Shown: in pieces, positions 21,990-32,977 of the stretch
How positions within the stretch are numbered: position 1 is the stretch's first letter
How the letters are laid out: each line of letters starts with the position of its first letter
DNA from: an uncultured Gemmatimonadaceae bacterium
GTDB lineage: Bacteria; Gemmatimonadota; Gemmatimonadetes; Gemmatimonadales; Gemmatimonadaceae
Assembly: GCA_963829055.1 (NCBI GenBank)
Contig: CAWHHI010000012.1
Location: 1 to 64,000, forward strand
Reading direction: 5' to 3'
DNA length: 64,000 bases
The notes under the pieces: generated by a model
What the model saw: only the letters and a program-made list of their open reading frames with translations
Database searches by the model: none
What the model was told of the DNA's origin: nothing
Program-made: the position numbers and the translations under genes

Positions 21990-24440
21990 GTGAGACGCCT
22001 TCAGTCGCTCCGCACCACGGTCGCCGGATCGACCGCGGCGCTGCGGCGCGACCGGATCGGTGACGTGACCGGTGCGGCAACGAACACTGCCACGAGTACG
22101 ACGCCGCCGACGAGTCTCCCGCCGCAAACAAGTCAGCAAGCCCGGCGGTCGCGATCTCGCGAGACGAAGACGAAGGTGACACGACACGCAACAACGAGCC
22201 GAACGTCGTGGATCCTCATCACGATCGCGCTCCTGGTGACGATCCTCGCGTATAGTCCGGGATTCAGCGCGCCGTTCGTCTTCGACGACGACGTGAGCAT
22301 TCAGAAGAATCCGACGATTCGAACCCTCGAGCCGTCCGTCGCGTTGCGACCGCCCGGCGGTGACCTCGCTGTCTCGGGCCGTCCCCTCGTCAACTATTCG
22401 TTCGCGCTCAACTACGCGCTGAATCGGAGCCTCGGTGTCGACCAGCGGGCCGACCCAGACGGCCCCCGCAAGACCGTCTCCTACCATCTTGTCAATCTCT
22501 TCCTGCACCTCGGCGCTGCATCGCTGCTGTTCGCACTCGTTCGACGAACCCTGCGCTTTCCGCAGTTCGAGAGTTGGCACAGCGCAGCGGAGAGCGTCGC
22601 CCTCGCCGTCGCGTCGATCTGGCTCGTCCATCCGCTTCACACCGAAGCCGTTCTGTACACGGTGCAGCGAACAGAGATTCTGAGCTCGCTGTTTTGTCTC
22701 GCTGCACTGTACGCGTCCGTCCGCGCGTGGGACGCAGAGTCTCCGAACGCCCGAACGCGATGGCGCGCGATCGGCGTCGCCTGTTGTGTCGCGGGACTCG
22801 CGAGCAAAGAAGTCGCGGTCGTCATTCCGGTGCTCGTGATGCTCTACGATCGAGCCTTCCGCCTGCGGAGTTGGCGCGAGCTCGTTCGCCCGGCGACGGC
22901 GCCCGTCGGCTACTACGCGATTCTGGCCGCCGTGAGCGTCGCGGGATGCGTGATTCAACTCCACGCCGGTGCGCGCGCGAGCACCGTCGGTCTCGGTCAC
23001 GGGATCACGTGGTACGAGTATTTGTACAGCCAGGGCTGGGCGATCGGACGGTATCTCCAACTCGGCGTCATCCCGTTAGGCCTAACGCTCGACTACGGCA
23101 CACGTCCGACGACAGGCCTGGGCGCCCTTCCCGGCCTGGTGGTGTTGCTCGTACTGGGCGCCATCACCATCGCCGCGTGGGCACGCGCCGAGCGCTGGGG
23201 ATGGTTGGCGTTTCTCGGTTCGTGGTTCTTCGTGCTGCTGGCGCCGTCGTCGAGCGTCGTGCCGATCGCGAGCGAAATCGCGGCCGAGCGGCGGATCTAT
23301 CTCGCCCTGGCCGCGGTCATCATCGCCGTCGTCGTACTCGTGCGCTCCCGACTCACGACGTCCGGTCGGGCAGGTTTCGTCGTGACGGCGATCGTGTTCA
23401 CCGTCTTCGCTGCGCTCACGTACCGTCGAAGCGCGCAGTACGCCGACCCTGAGCAGTTGTGGCGCGAGGCCATCGAACGGGTACCGGAGAACGCGAGAGC
23501 GTACACCAGTCTCGCGTACACGCTACTGCACGCACCATCGCCGCGCGTCGACGAAGCGGTTCCGTACCTTCACCGCGCGATTGCCCTCGACCCGACCGCG
23601 CTCTCGCCACTTCGATCGCTCGCCGCCATCGAGCTCTCGAAGGGACACCTCCCGGCCGCGCGCCAGCTGCTGCAACGCGCGTATGCGCTCGATCCGGACT
23701 ACGCGGACGTTGCTCCGCTCCTCGGCGTCGTGTTGGCAGCGACGGGCGAACGCGAGCGGGCGACGGAATACCTGGCCGATCCGAAGGTCGACCGTCTCGC
23801 CGAAAACGATCCGAGCGGATCGCTCGTCGTCGCGCTGGGAAACGCGTACATGTCGCTCGGCCGCTGGGACGCCGCGTTCACCGTATTCTCGCGTGCGCTC
23901 GAGTGGTGGCCGAATCGTGCGGACTGCTACTTCGCCGCGGGTGATGCGCTGGTTCGCCTGGGGCGGCCGGCCGACGCGCTGCCACGCATTGGGCGCGGCC
24001 TGCAAATCGACCCGCAGTCAGCGCTCGGCTACGCACTCCTGAGCCAGGCGAACGCCGGAGTCCATCGTGCCGACGACGCAGTGAACGCTGCGGAGTCAGC
24101 CTTCCAGAAGGCTCCGACCGACGCATCAATCGTTCTCATGCTCGGGGAAGCCATGCTGACGCTCGAGCGGCCGGCCGACGCCGAGCGGTTGATGCGCGAG
24201 GCGTTCCGTCTCGATCCAGGAAACCCACGGGCCGCGACCGAGTTGGCGATTGCGATGGACGGCGCCGGACGACGCGCGGCAGCAATTGCGCTGCTCGATC
24301 GGGTGACCTCCTCCGTACCGGGTTACGAACCTGCGCGATCGGCGCTAGATGCGATGCGAAACCGGGGCAGATCGGCGTCACACGTTCCGCCGCGCTCGCA
24401 TTCGTTGATGCGACTCACCACGCCGCAAGCGTCTGTGTAG
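21990..24440 (+). CDS. Multi-pass membrane protein with C-terminal TPRs (TMTC-like putative glycosyltransferase)
   Basis: FVFDD, YHLVNLFLH, HPLHTEAV, ASKE, AERRIYL, LW followed by TPRs; start uncertain. Confidence 0.8.
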   Translation: MRRLQSLRTTVAGSTAALRRDRIGDVTGAATNTATSTTPPTSLPPQTSQQARRSRSRETKTKVTRHATTSRTSWILITIALLVTILAYSPGFSAPFVFDDDVSIQKNPTIRTLEPSVALRPPGGDLAVSGRPLVNYSFALNYALNRSLGVDQRADPDGPRKTVSYHLVNLFLHLGAASLLFALVRRTLRFPQFESWHSAAESVALAVASIWLVHPLHTEAVLYTVQRTEILSSLFCLAALYASVRAWDAESPNARTRWRAIGVACCVAGLASKEVAVVIPVLVMLYDRAFRLRSWRELVRPATAPVGYYAILAAVSVAGCVIQLHAGARASTVGLGHGITWYEYLYSQGWAIGRYLQLGVIPLGLTLDYGTRPTTGLGALPGLVVLLVLGAITIAAWARAERWGWLAFLGSWFFVLLAPSSSVVPIASEIAAERRIYLALAAVIIAVVVLVRSRLTTSGRAGFVVTAIVFTVFAALTYRRSAQYADPEQLWREAIERVPENARAYTSLAYTLLHAPSPRVDEAVPYLHRAIALDPTALSPLRSLAAIELSKGHLPAARQLLQRAYALDPDYADVAPLLGVVLAATGERERATEYLADPKVDRLAENDPSGSLVVALGNAYMSLGRWDAAFTVFSRALEWWPNRADCYFAAGDALVRLGRPADALPRIGRGLQIDPQSALGYALLSQANAGVHRADDAVNAAESAFQKAPTDASIVLMLGEAMLTLERPADAERLMREAFRLDPGNPRAATELAIAMDGAGRRAAAIALLDRVTSSVPGYEPARSALDAMRNRGRSASHVPPRSHSLMRLTTPQASV

Positions 24441-24571
24441 TCGTTCTCGGCGACGACGCCCGGGGTCGTGAGGCAATGTAGGCGCCAGGCGTCGTATTCG
24501 TTAGGCCGGGGAACCAGGTCGTGGTCGGGCGCGACGCGAGTAGAGTGCTGAGCGCCTAAGCCCGCAACGGT

Positions 24572-25732
24572 TCAGAGAGATGCCTCGAGAATGTCCAGAC
24601 CGGCTTTGGCCGTCGCGCGATCGACGTTCAGCGCCGGGAGCATGAGCAGCACGCTTTCCTGGGCGTTGAGAAGCAGCCCGCGCGCGCGGCACTTTTTCGC
24701 CACGCGCTCCGCGTACTTCTCGTCACGAACATCCACGGCGATCGCCAGGCCGCGCCAGCGAAGCTCCGGTTCCTCTTGGAACGGCATCTCGCGAATGCGC
24801 TCCGCGAAGTAAGTGCCGGCGCGGTCCACGTGACGCAACAGGCGCTTCTGATTCCGTTTGATCCAGCGCAAGTTGGCGATGGCAACATCGACGCTGAGCG
24901 GGTGCCAGCCGTAGGTGGAGTAGACATTACCATCCTGTTCGAGGGTCTCGGCGAGATCGTCGCGCAACAGCAATCCGCCGATACCCACCGCGCCTCCCGT
25001 CGCCGCTTTCGCGATCGTCATCAAGTCCGGCTGCACGGCGTAATACTCACAGGCGAACAGCTTCCCCGTTCGTCCGAACCCCGTTGCGACTTCATCCAGG
25101 ATGAGCAGCGTGCCGTAGCGGTGGCAGAGCGGAACGAGGCCTTCCATGAACTCCGTTTCGGGGATCAGCACGCCCAGGTTCATCGCGATCGGCTCCATGA
25201 TCACGGCGGCGACGTCGCGGTGTTTGAGCCGCGTCTCGAGGCGGTCGAGCCCGTCGCCATCGAGTGGCGGCTTGAGTCGCGCGACCGAGAGCACGCGCAC
25301 CGCGTCGTCCCCGTCTCCGACACTCAGGGCACCTAACGTGTTGCCGTGATAGGCATCCTCGATGGCGACGAACTTCCTGCGGCCGGTGTGCAGCATCGCT
25401 GCCTGGAGCGCCAGCTCCACCGCCTCGGATCCTCCCGTCGCGCGGCAGCAGCGGGTCAGTCCTTCTGGCGCGAGCCCCACGAGCAGCTGCGCCAGCTCTC
25501 GCCAGGGCTTGTAGGTGTACTCTGGATAGATGTAGTCGGGGCCACGGAACGCGTGGACACGGCGGCGCAGCGCAGGTCGCGCCCAGCCGAAGTTGCCCAC
25601 GCACCAGCCCATGATGAAGTCGATGTATTTCCTGCCGCGCGAATCGTAGACGTAGTTGCCGCGCGCGCGCGCGACCTCGATGTCCGCGTGGCCGTCGTTC
25701 TGCACGAGAATTCGTTTCCGCGGACGAGGCAT
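24572..25732 (-). CDS. Class III PLP aminotransferase
   Basis: GSEAVE, AYHGNT, ILDEVATGFGRTG, PDLMTIAK. Confidence 0.9.
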   Translation of the reverse strand: MPRPRKRILVQNDGHADIEVARARGNYVYDSRGRKYIDFIMGWCVGNFGWARPALRRRVHAFRGPDYIYPEYTYKPWRELAQLLVGLAPEGLTRCCRATGGSEAVELALQAAMLHTGRRKFVAIEDAYHGNTLGALSVGDGDDAVRVLSVARLKPPLDGDGLDRLETRLKHRDVAAVIMEPIAMNLGVLIPETEFMEGLVPLCHRYGTLLILDEVATGFGRTGKLFACEYYAVQPDLMTIAKAATGGAVGIGGLLLRDDLAETLEQDGNVYSTYGWHPLSVDVAIANLRWIKRNQKRLLRHVDRAGTYFAERIREMPFQEEPELRWRGLAIAVDVRDEKYAERVAKKCRARGLLLNAQESVLLMLPALNVDRATAKAGLDILEASL

Positions 25733-25805
25733 GAACCGCCCGCCGTGCATATTCGCGGCCCGCAACGCAGAATCGCGGCGATCACCGCTCGCGACCTGGC
25801 TCGCA

Positions 25806-27110
25806 CTACGCCGAACGATGGGCACGCGCGAGTCCCGGCCCTGGATCCTCGCCGTCGCGCGCGTCGGCACGTGCGCGGTCCCAGATGTTCCAGACGACCT
25901 GCGCGCCCGCGGCGCTGGCGAGCAGCCCCGCGACGGCCACCGCGGACAGCCCTGCACCCAGGGCGCCGAGCAGCAGCGCGGCGGCGATCGTGGGTGTCTT
26001 GCGCGCGACGACGAGCCACGCGCGCCGTCCCGCACCCGCGTTCGCGTAGGCGATGTGCACGATGGCGTGCGCGACGTAACACAGCGCGACCATCCCGCAT
26101 AGCAGCCATCGCAACGAATCTTCGAGCGCGGGGGCATCCGCGTCGTGCGCCAGATTCCCCACCGCGATGCCCGCTGCGGCGACCCCGGCCGCGAGCGGAA
26201 GCTGCGCGAAGACCCAGATCTTGTAGGGTCCCGTCCGATGGCGCCTGCGCACCTCCGCGATCGGCGCCTGATCCAGCGTGTCGAAGAAGCCCCACCAGAT
26301 CGAGAACCCGATCAGCAGTGAGAGTGCCGCCGTCGTGAGCAGCGCGCCGGACCACGGCTGGTCCCGCATCGCCTCGACCAGGCCCACGAACCCCTCGCCG
26401 AGGCTGATGTTGATGAACGTGCCGAACCGTTCCTCGATGTGGTCCGGATCAGGCGGCACGATCTCGTGCATGCGAGGGGACGCGAAGGGAGTGAGCAGGT
26501 CGACGCCGAACCCCACTCCCCACATCCAGAAGCGCCACGGCGCCGGCACCGCGGCCGACGCGATCCAGAGGATAGCGGCAAGGGCAAAGCCGATCGACTG
26601 ACGGGTGCATTCACGCCGCGCCTCGCGCACGTAGTGGGCGGCCATGGCGTAGCGCGCCGCGAGGATGAGGCGGAACACGCCATAGGCGATGGCGAACGGC
26701 ACCGCGCGGTCCGACGTCGCCTGCGTCGCCGCCGCGGCGAGGACCAGCGCCGCGCCGATCTGGACCAGCGTCATGAGGCGGTCGCTGAGGTCGTCGGTGC
26801 CGAACCGGTCCGTGTAAAGGACGAATCCCACCCACGCCCACCAGACGGGCCCGTACAGGGCGAGATAGACGATCGCCCCGTGGCCGGTGGCGCCAGGTTG
26901 GAGGCGTCGGGCGAGCTGATCGACCGCGACCACGAACACGAGGTCGAAGAAGAACTCGAGCCATGAGGTCGGGCGCTTCCCTTCCTCCTCGCTTCGGATC
27001 CGCGGAGGCTCGAATAGCGGCCGCTCAATGGGACAATGCGTGCCCGGCGCGCTCTCTGACGCTGGTTTGTTCGCGACTCGCATGGTTCGTCGCCGTCCCG
27101 CAAACGTCAC
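25806..27110 (-). CDS. ltrA: Low temperature requirement protein A family
   Basis: SWLEFFFDLVFVVA, WWAW, ERFGTFINISLGE. Confidence 0.85.
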   Translation of the reverse strand: MTFAGRRRTMRVANKPASESAPGTHCPIERPLFEPPRIRSEEEGKRPTSWLEFFFDLVFVVAVDQLARRLQPGATGHGAIVYLALYGPVWWAWVGFVLYTDRFGTDDLSDRLMTLVQIGAALVLAAAATQATSDRAVPFAIAYGVFRLILAARYAMAAHYVREARRECTRQSIGFALAAILWIASAAVPAPWRFWMWGVGFGVDLLTPFASPRMHEIVPPDPDHIEERFGTFINISLGEGFVGLVEAMRDQPWSGALLTTAALSLLIGFSIWWGFFDTLDQAPIAEVRRRHRTGPYKIWVFAQLPLAAGVAAAGIAVGNLAHDADAPALEDSLRWLLCGMVALCYVAHAIVHIAYANAGAGRRAWLVVARKTPTIAAALLLGALGAGLSAVAVAGLLASAAGAQVVWNIWDRARADARDGEDPGPGLARAHRSA

Positions 27111-27429
27111 GCCTCACGCGATGCGGGCCACTGGTTTCATGGAGCACAGCTATCTTGCCAGCGCTCGCGCCCGCTGACCCTCGGCACGGTGGCTCATGCC
27201 TAACGTGCTGGACATCTTGGGTTGCCAACGAATACGATGACAATGCGATTCGACGGCGTGATACGATATGCCTGCGAATCACGGGCCGGCGGTCGGCTAT
27301 TTGCGGCACGACTGACGAGTGTCGCAGTCACGGCTGAGCGTCGGCCCTGAAGGCCAGCATCACCGCGCGTCGTGGTGCGTCGGTGATGGGGCATCAGAAT
27401 GGTACGACCATGCACACACGCCAAAGCGC

Positions 27430-27830
27430 AAACGACTGATGGGAAGCCTAGCGATCGAAAGGGCGCGGCTGGCTGAGGTATTTCGCGTTGCGCCGTCGTT
27501 CTTTGCCGTGTTCCGCGGCCCGAACTTCGTCTACGAATTCGTGAGACGAGGCCTACACGGCGTGCCGCAGCGGCGGGACGGCTTCGATCGACCCGACAGT
27601 GGTCATCAGCCACGTCCTCCCGTCGCCGACGCTACCGAAGGGGTACGACATGTTCGTCGAGAAGAAGGACAACTGCGAGAAGGTCGTCCGCCGGCCTGAT
27701 TCGCCTAACGCCGCGAGGTGGCGCGGATTGAATCATGGTGACCGCTTTCGCGTTCTGGCGGCAGACGACCATCCGGTTATCCGCGCTGCCATCGCGGGAA
27801 TGCTCGCGAACGAACCGAGATCGCAGGGCG
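27430..27830 (+). pseudogene. Three juxtaposed fragments: PAS sensor, Zn-dependent dehydrogenase C-terminus, response regulator N-terminus
   Basis: ERARLAEVFRVAPSFFAVFRGPNFVYEFV; VISHVLP...KGYDMFVEKKDNCEKVV; RVLAADDHPVIRAAIAGML. Confidence 0.6.
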
Positions 27831-28019
27831 AGTCCGAGATGGCACGTCCGTGGATCGGCGGTCAGAGCAATGACACGTTAGGCGGATCACACGCGTTGTG
27901 CCCTCGCCCATGCCGAGGTCGGCGAACACACGCGAGCAATCGTCGATGCCTAACGCACTCGGGCTCGGCTCGGCTGATCTACTTGCCATCAGCGTCCACG
28001 CTGGTCAGCATTCCGTCCA

Positions 28020-28600
28020 GTGACCGACGAGCTCAATGGGATCGCAATCTTCGTCGCGGTCGCCGAGGCGAGGGGGTTCCGCGCGGCGGGCCAGCGCCTC
28101 GGGTGAGCCACTCGGCGGTGAGCCAGGCGCTCCGCCGACTCGAGGAGCGGCTCGGCGTGCCGCTCGTTAGGCGAACCACGCGGAGCGTTCACCCCACCGA
28201 GGCCGGGGGCAGCCTACGTGTCGGTGCGGCCGCGCTGGACGAGGTGCGCGCCGCGTCGTCGCGGTGGGCGAGCTCGGAGACCAGCCGCGCGGCACGCTGC
28301 GCGTCCACACCGCGAGCGCCGCGGAGACGCTGACCGGCGAGCCGCTCGTCGCCGGCTTCCTCTCGCAGAACTGGTACGTCTCAGCTCGACCTCGTCGTGA
28401 GCGACGCGCCGGTCGACATCGTTGCGGAAGGCGCGACGCGGGCATCCAGCTCGGCGAGGTAATCGACAAGGACATGATCGCCGTACCCGTGACAGGGGAC
28501 CTCAGGCTCGCCGTCGTGGCGGCGCTGTCGTGCTTCGCGCGCCGCGGCCGGCCAGACGCACCCGCGAGAGCTCGCCGAGCACGAATGCCTTATCTGTCGC
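28020..28600 (+). pseudogene. Degraded LysR regulator
   Basis: SHSAVSQALRRLEERLGVPLVRRTTRSV; DAGIQLGEVIDKDMIAVPV; truncated. Confidence 0.7.
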
Positions 28601-28809
28601 GAGTCCACCGACGCCCCGAGCCATTCACTACATCCGCGCCTCCGGCAACGGTTGGGACGTCGACAACGACGACGGTCAAGTCACGCGGGGCGGGCCCGGT
28701 CCATGTCGCCGTTTGCACTCTCGACTCGAAACTCGTACTCATTTGCACATTGCTGCGTACTCGCACCGGCCCGCGGAGCGATCTGACCAAGCAGTGGAGT
28801 AGCACCGCC

Positions 28810-31800
28810 ATGCACGCAAGCGCCCTCGTACTCAGCGCGGTGCTCGTTGCCGGCGCCGCACTCTCCCCGACGGCCATCGGCGCGCAGGACACGAGCGCAC
28901 GCGCCCCCGTTCCCGCCACGCCGCGCACGCTCCGCTTCACGACGGACGAGGGAACGTGGATGTCGCTCGACGTGTCGCCCGACGGCCGCACGATCGTCTT
29001 CGACCTGCTCGGCGACCTGTACACGCTGCCCATTGCCGGCGGCACGGCGACGCGCATCGCGGACGGCCCGACATGGGATTCCCATCCGCGGTTCTCGCCC
29101 GACGGCAAGCACATCGCGTTCGTCAGCGATCGCACCGGGGCCGAGAACCTGTGGATCGCCGACGTGGACGGGAGGAATCCGCGAGCGGTCACGCGCGGCG
29201 ATCGCGCCTGGTACGTCGCGCCCGCGTGGACGCCGGACGGAAGCGCGATCATCGCGACACGCCGGAACGGCTTTCTGGTGAACGAGTCGGAGCTCTGGAT
29301 GTATCCCGTGGATGGCGGCGCGGGCGTGAAGCTCACCGTGCCTGGGCGGCTCGCCCACGGGCCGGCGTTCGGCGGCGACGAACGAATGCTCTATTTCGCC
29401 GCCATCCCGGGCGCGACGACTGCACCGGGTGCGACGGCGCCGCCGGGCATCATCCAGCATCAGCTCTTCATGCTGGACCGCACGACCGGACGCGTCTCGC
29501 AGCGCAGCGGGCACGTTGGCGGCGCGATCCGGCCGACGTTGAGCCGCGACGGCCGCTGGCTCGCGTACGTCGGAGGCAACGGCGAGAACGGCACGGCGAT
29601 CATCCTCCGCGATCTCGCGAGCGGTGACGAGCGCGTGCTCGCCGGAACGCGCCCTGTGGCCCACGAGCGGACGCACGAGCGACTACATGCCCGGCTCGGC
29701 GTTCACGCCGATGGGCGCGCGCTCGTGACGTCGCTCGATGGCAAGCTCTGGTCGATCGACGTGACGACGGGGCGACGTTCCGCGATCCCGTTCACCGCGC
29801 AGGTCGAACAGCAGCTCGCGGAGCTCGTGCGAACCGAGCACCGACTCGACGACTCCGCGCTGACCGTCCGTCAGATCCGCGATCCGCGCGTCTCGCCGGA
29901 CAATCGCCGAGTGGTGTTCTCGGCGCTCGATCGACTGTGGATCGCCGACCTGCCTGACGACGCCCGGCGGCGTCGGCGCCGCGGCGGGTCGTACCGCGAC
30001 GCCTCACGACGAGCGACGTCGGCGAGTTCTCGCCGAGCTGGTCGCCGGACGGACGCTCGATCGTGTACGTCACGTGGAGCGACTCGTTAGGCGGCGATCT
30101 GATGCGCGTCCGGCCAGTGGTCGGCAGCACGCCCGAGCGCGTCTCGCCGACCCGGGCGTTCTACGACAAGCCCGTCTACACGGCGGACGGCACGCGCATC
30201 GTCGTCGAGCGCGGGACCCGGCAGACACGCGTCAACAACCGTGACGAGCAGCTCCGTGCGCAGTACAGCGACGTCGATCTCGTCTGGCTCCCGGCGGATT
30301 GCTGCCGCCACACGCCCGGCGTGCGCCACGCCGCGCCTGATCGCGCCGATCACGTTCCCGTCGAACTACGACGGTCTGCCGGGTGGCGCGCAGTTCGTCG
30401 CCGGCGTCGATCGCGTGTACGCGTACGACGGCGTCGACGGCCTGATCTCGATGGCGTGGGATGGCTCGGACCGCCGCAGCCTGCTCAAGATGACCGGGTG
30501 GGCGTGGACGCGAGGGGCCGAGGAGTCCGCGGACGAGATCCTCGTCGCGCCTAACGGGAAGCGGGCGCTCGCGAACGTGCGGAGCAACCTCTATCTCGTC
30601 GATCTGATTCCCTCCGGCAGCGACGTGCCGACCATCTCGACGACGAAGCTCGCCCAGTCGCCGCTCCCCACCACGCGGCTCACGGAAGTCGGCGGCAGCT
30701 TCCCGAGCTTCAGTGTGGATGGAACCCGTGCCGTGTGGGCACTGGGGCCATCGCTGTTCGTCCGCGATCTCGGGCGACGAACGACGGCGCGCTACGATGT
30801 CGCGCTCACGGTGCCCAGGGACCGCCCGCGCGGCGCCATCGTGCTGCGCAACGCGCGCGTCGTGACGATGAAAGGCGAACGAGATCATCGAGCGCGCCGA
30901 CGTGCTCGTCGTGGACGACCGCATCGCCGCGGTCGGACCCAGCGGGACGCTGAGCGTCCCGGCGGGCGCGCGCAGCATCGACGCGAGCGGCAAGACGATT
31001 CTCCCCGGATACGTCGACATCCACGCGCACATGTGGACGTCGTGGGGCGTGCATCGCACGCAGCCATGGGAGTATCTCGTGAACCTCGCGTACGGCGTGA
31101 CGACGACCCGCGACCCGCAGACCATGAGCACCGATGTGCTGACGCTGGGTGACATGGTGGACGCGGGCATGATGGTCGGCCCGCGCATTCTCAGCACCGC
31201 GCGCGGCATCTTCCCGGGCGACGACATCTCGAGCTACGCGGACGCGCGCAACATCGTCCGTCGTTATGCGGAGTTCTACCACACCGGCATGATCAAGCAG
31301 TACCAGACCGGCGACCGGAAGCATCGCCAGTGGCTCAACATGGCGGCGAAGGAGTTCGGCCTGAACACGACGACCGAAGCCGGCGATTTCCGCATGACCA
31401 TGACGCTCGCGCTCGACGGCTACTCCGGCACCGAGCACACGATCATGCCGTTTCCGCTGTACAAGGATGTCGCGAAGCTGATGGCGGCGAGCGGCATCAC
31501 GTACACGCCCACGCTGATCGTCTACGGCCGATCTCGAGGGGTACTTCAACACGCGCACGAACCCGTACGCGGATTCGGTGCTCACGCGATTCACACCGCG
31601 TTGGGAGCTCGACGACCGCCTGCAGCGGTGCGACGAGCTGGATGCGCGACAGTCAGCTCCGGTTCCCGCGCGCTGCCGCGGCGGCGACGACGCTCGTGCG
31701 CGAGGGCGCGCACGTCGGACTCGGATCACACGGGAACCGTCAGGGGCTCGGCGTGCACTGGGAGCTCTGGGGCTACGGGATGGGCGGAATGCCGAATCAC

Positions 31801-32064
31801 GACATCCTCCGCGCCGCGACCATCGTTTCCGCGGAGGCGATCGGTGTCGCGGCGGACGTCGGGTCGATCGAGGTGGGCAAGAAGGCGGATCTGCAGGTGC
31901 TCGATCGCGACCCGCTGAGCGACATCCGCAACACGACGAGCATCCGGTGGGTGATGAAGAACGGCCGGTTGTACGAGGCGTCGACGCTGACCGAGATCTG
32001 GCCACGACAGAAACCGCTGGCGCGGCTCTGGTGGGAGAGCCCGGTGGTGGGTAGTTCACCGTGA
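28810..32064 (+). CDS. Secreted amidohydrolase with N-terminal PD40/TolB-like propeller (frameshifted)
   Basis: FTTDEGTWMSLDVSPDG; ILPGYVDIHAH; AYGVTTTRDP; GSIEVGKKADL. Confidence 0.9.
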
Positions 32065-32331
32065 GAACAGAACTCGTTGCTCATGCGTGGCGCCTAACAC
32101 ACGGACAGGAATCTCACCGGAGGCCGGCCGAGCAACTCTATTGCACGTTGGAATCGCGCCCACCTTCGCCGGGGCGGTTGGGGCGCAACGCGCTGTAGAT
32201 CGGCTCGTCGCACATCGGGCCTGGACCCCACACGCAAACGTGGTGACTCCGCGGCAGTCCGGGCCGCTGGGCTGCGGATCCGCTACCGTCGCGGCATACT
32301 TCCACGACCCCGATCGAGTCTCTGAGCCCGA

Positions 32332-32967
32332 ATGGCGCCAGACCACATCGTTTTCGTCGTGGACGACGACCAGCGAATCCGCGAATCGCTGGCTCGCTTT
32401 TCTTCGAGCTTCGACATGCACGCGGTCGCGTTCGGCTCGGCCGCCGAGTACATCGCGTATCCGAAGCCCGACGTGCCGGCGTGCCTGATTCTGGACGTCG
32501 AGCTCCCGGACATCAACGGACTGGACCTGCAGAGCCAGATCGCGCAGGGCGATCATCCGCAGATCGTGTTCATCACCGGACACGGGGACATTCCCTCTTC
32601 GGTGCGCGCGATCAAGGCAGGTGCGGTGGACTTTCTGACGAAGCCATTCAAGGAGGCGGATCTGATGCGGGCAATCGAAGCGGCGCTCGCGCAGAATCGC
32701 GAAGCGCGAGCGAAAGCGAGCGGAGCTCGCCGATCTGCGACGACGCCTTTCGTCGCTGACGCCGCGCGAACGGGAAGTGCTCCCGCTGGTCGTGAGCGGC
32801 CTGCTCAACAAGCAGGCAGCAGCAGAGCTCGGCATCAGCGAGATCACGTTGCAGATTCATCGCGGCAACATCATGAAGAAGATGCGGGCCGGATCCCTTG
32901 CCGAGCTGGTCAGAATGGCCGGAACGCTCGAAATACCGATGACCCACTCCCGGCATCGACAAAATGA
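32332..32967 (+). CDS. FixJ/NodW-type response regulator (frameshifted)
   Basis: FVVDDD, CLILDVELP, FITGHGD, LNKQAAAELGISEIT. Confidence 0.9.
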   Translation: MAPDHIVFVVDDDQRIRESLARFSSSFDMHAVAFGSAAEYIAYPKPDVPACLILDVELPDINGLDLQSQIAQGDHPQIVFITGHGDIPSSVRAIKAGAVDFLTKPFKEADLMRAIEAALAQNREARAKASGARRSATTPFVADAARTGSAPAGRERPAQQAGSSRARHQRDHVADSSRQHHEEDAGRIPCRAGQNGRNARNTDDPLPASTK

Positions 32968-32977
32968 TCAGCCGGCG

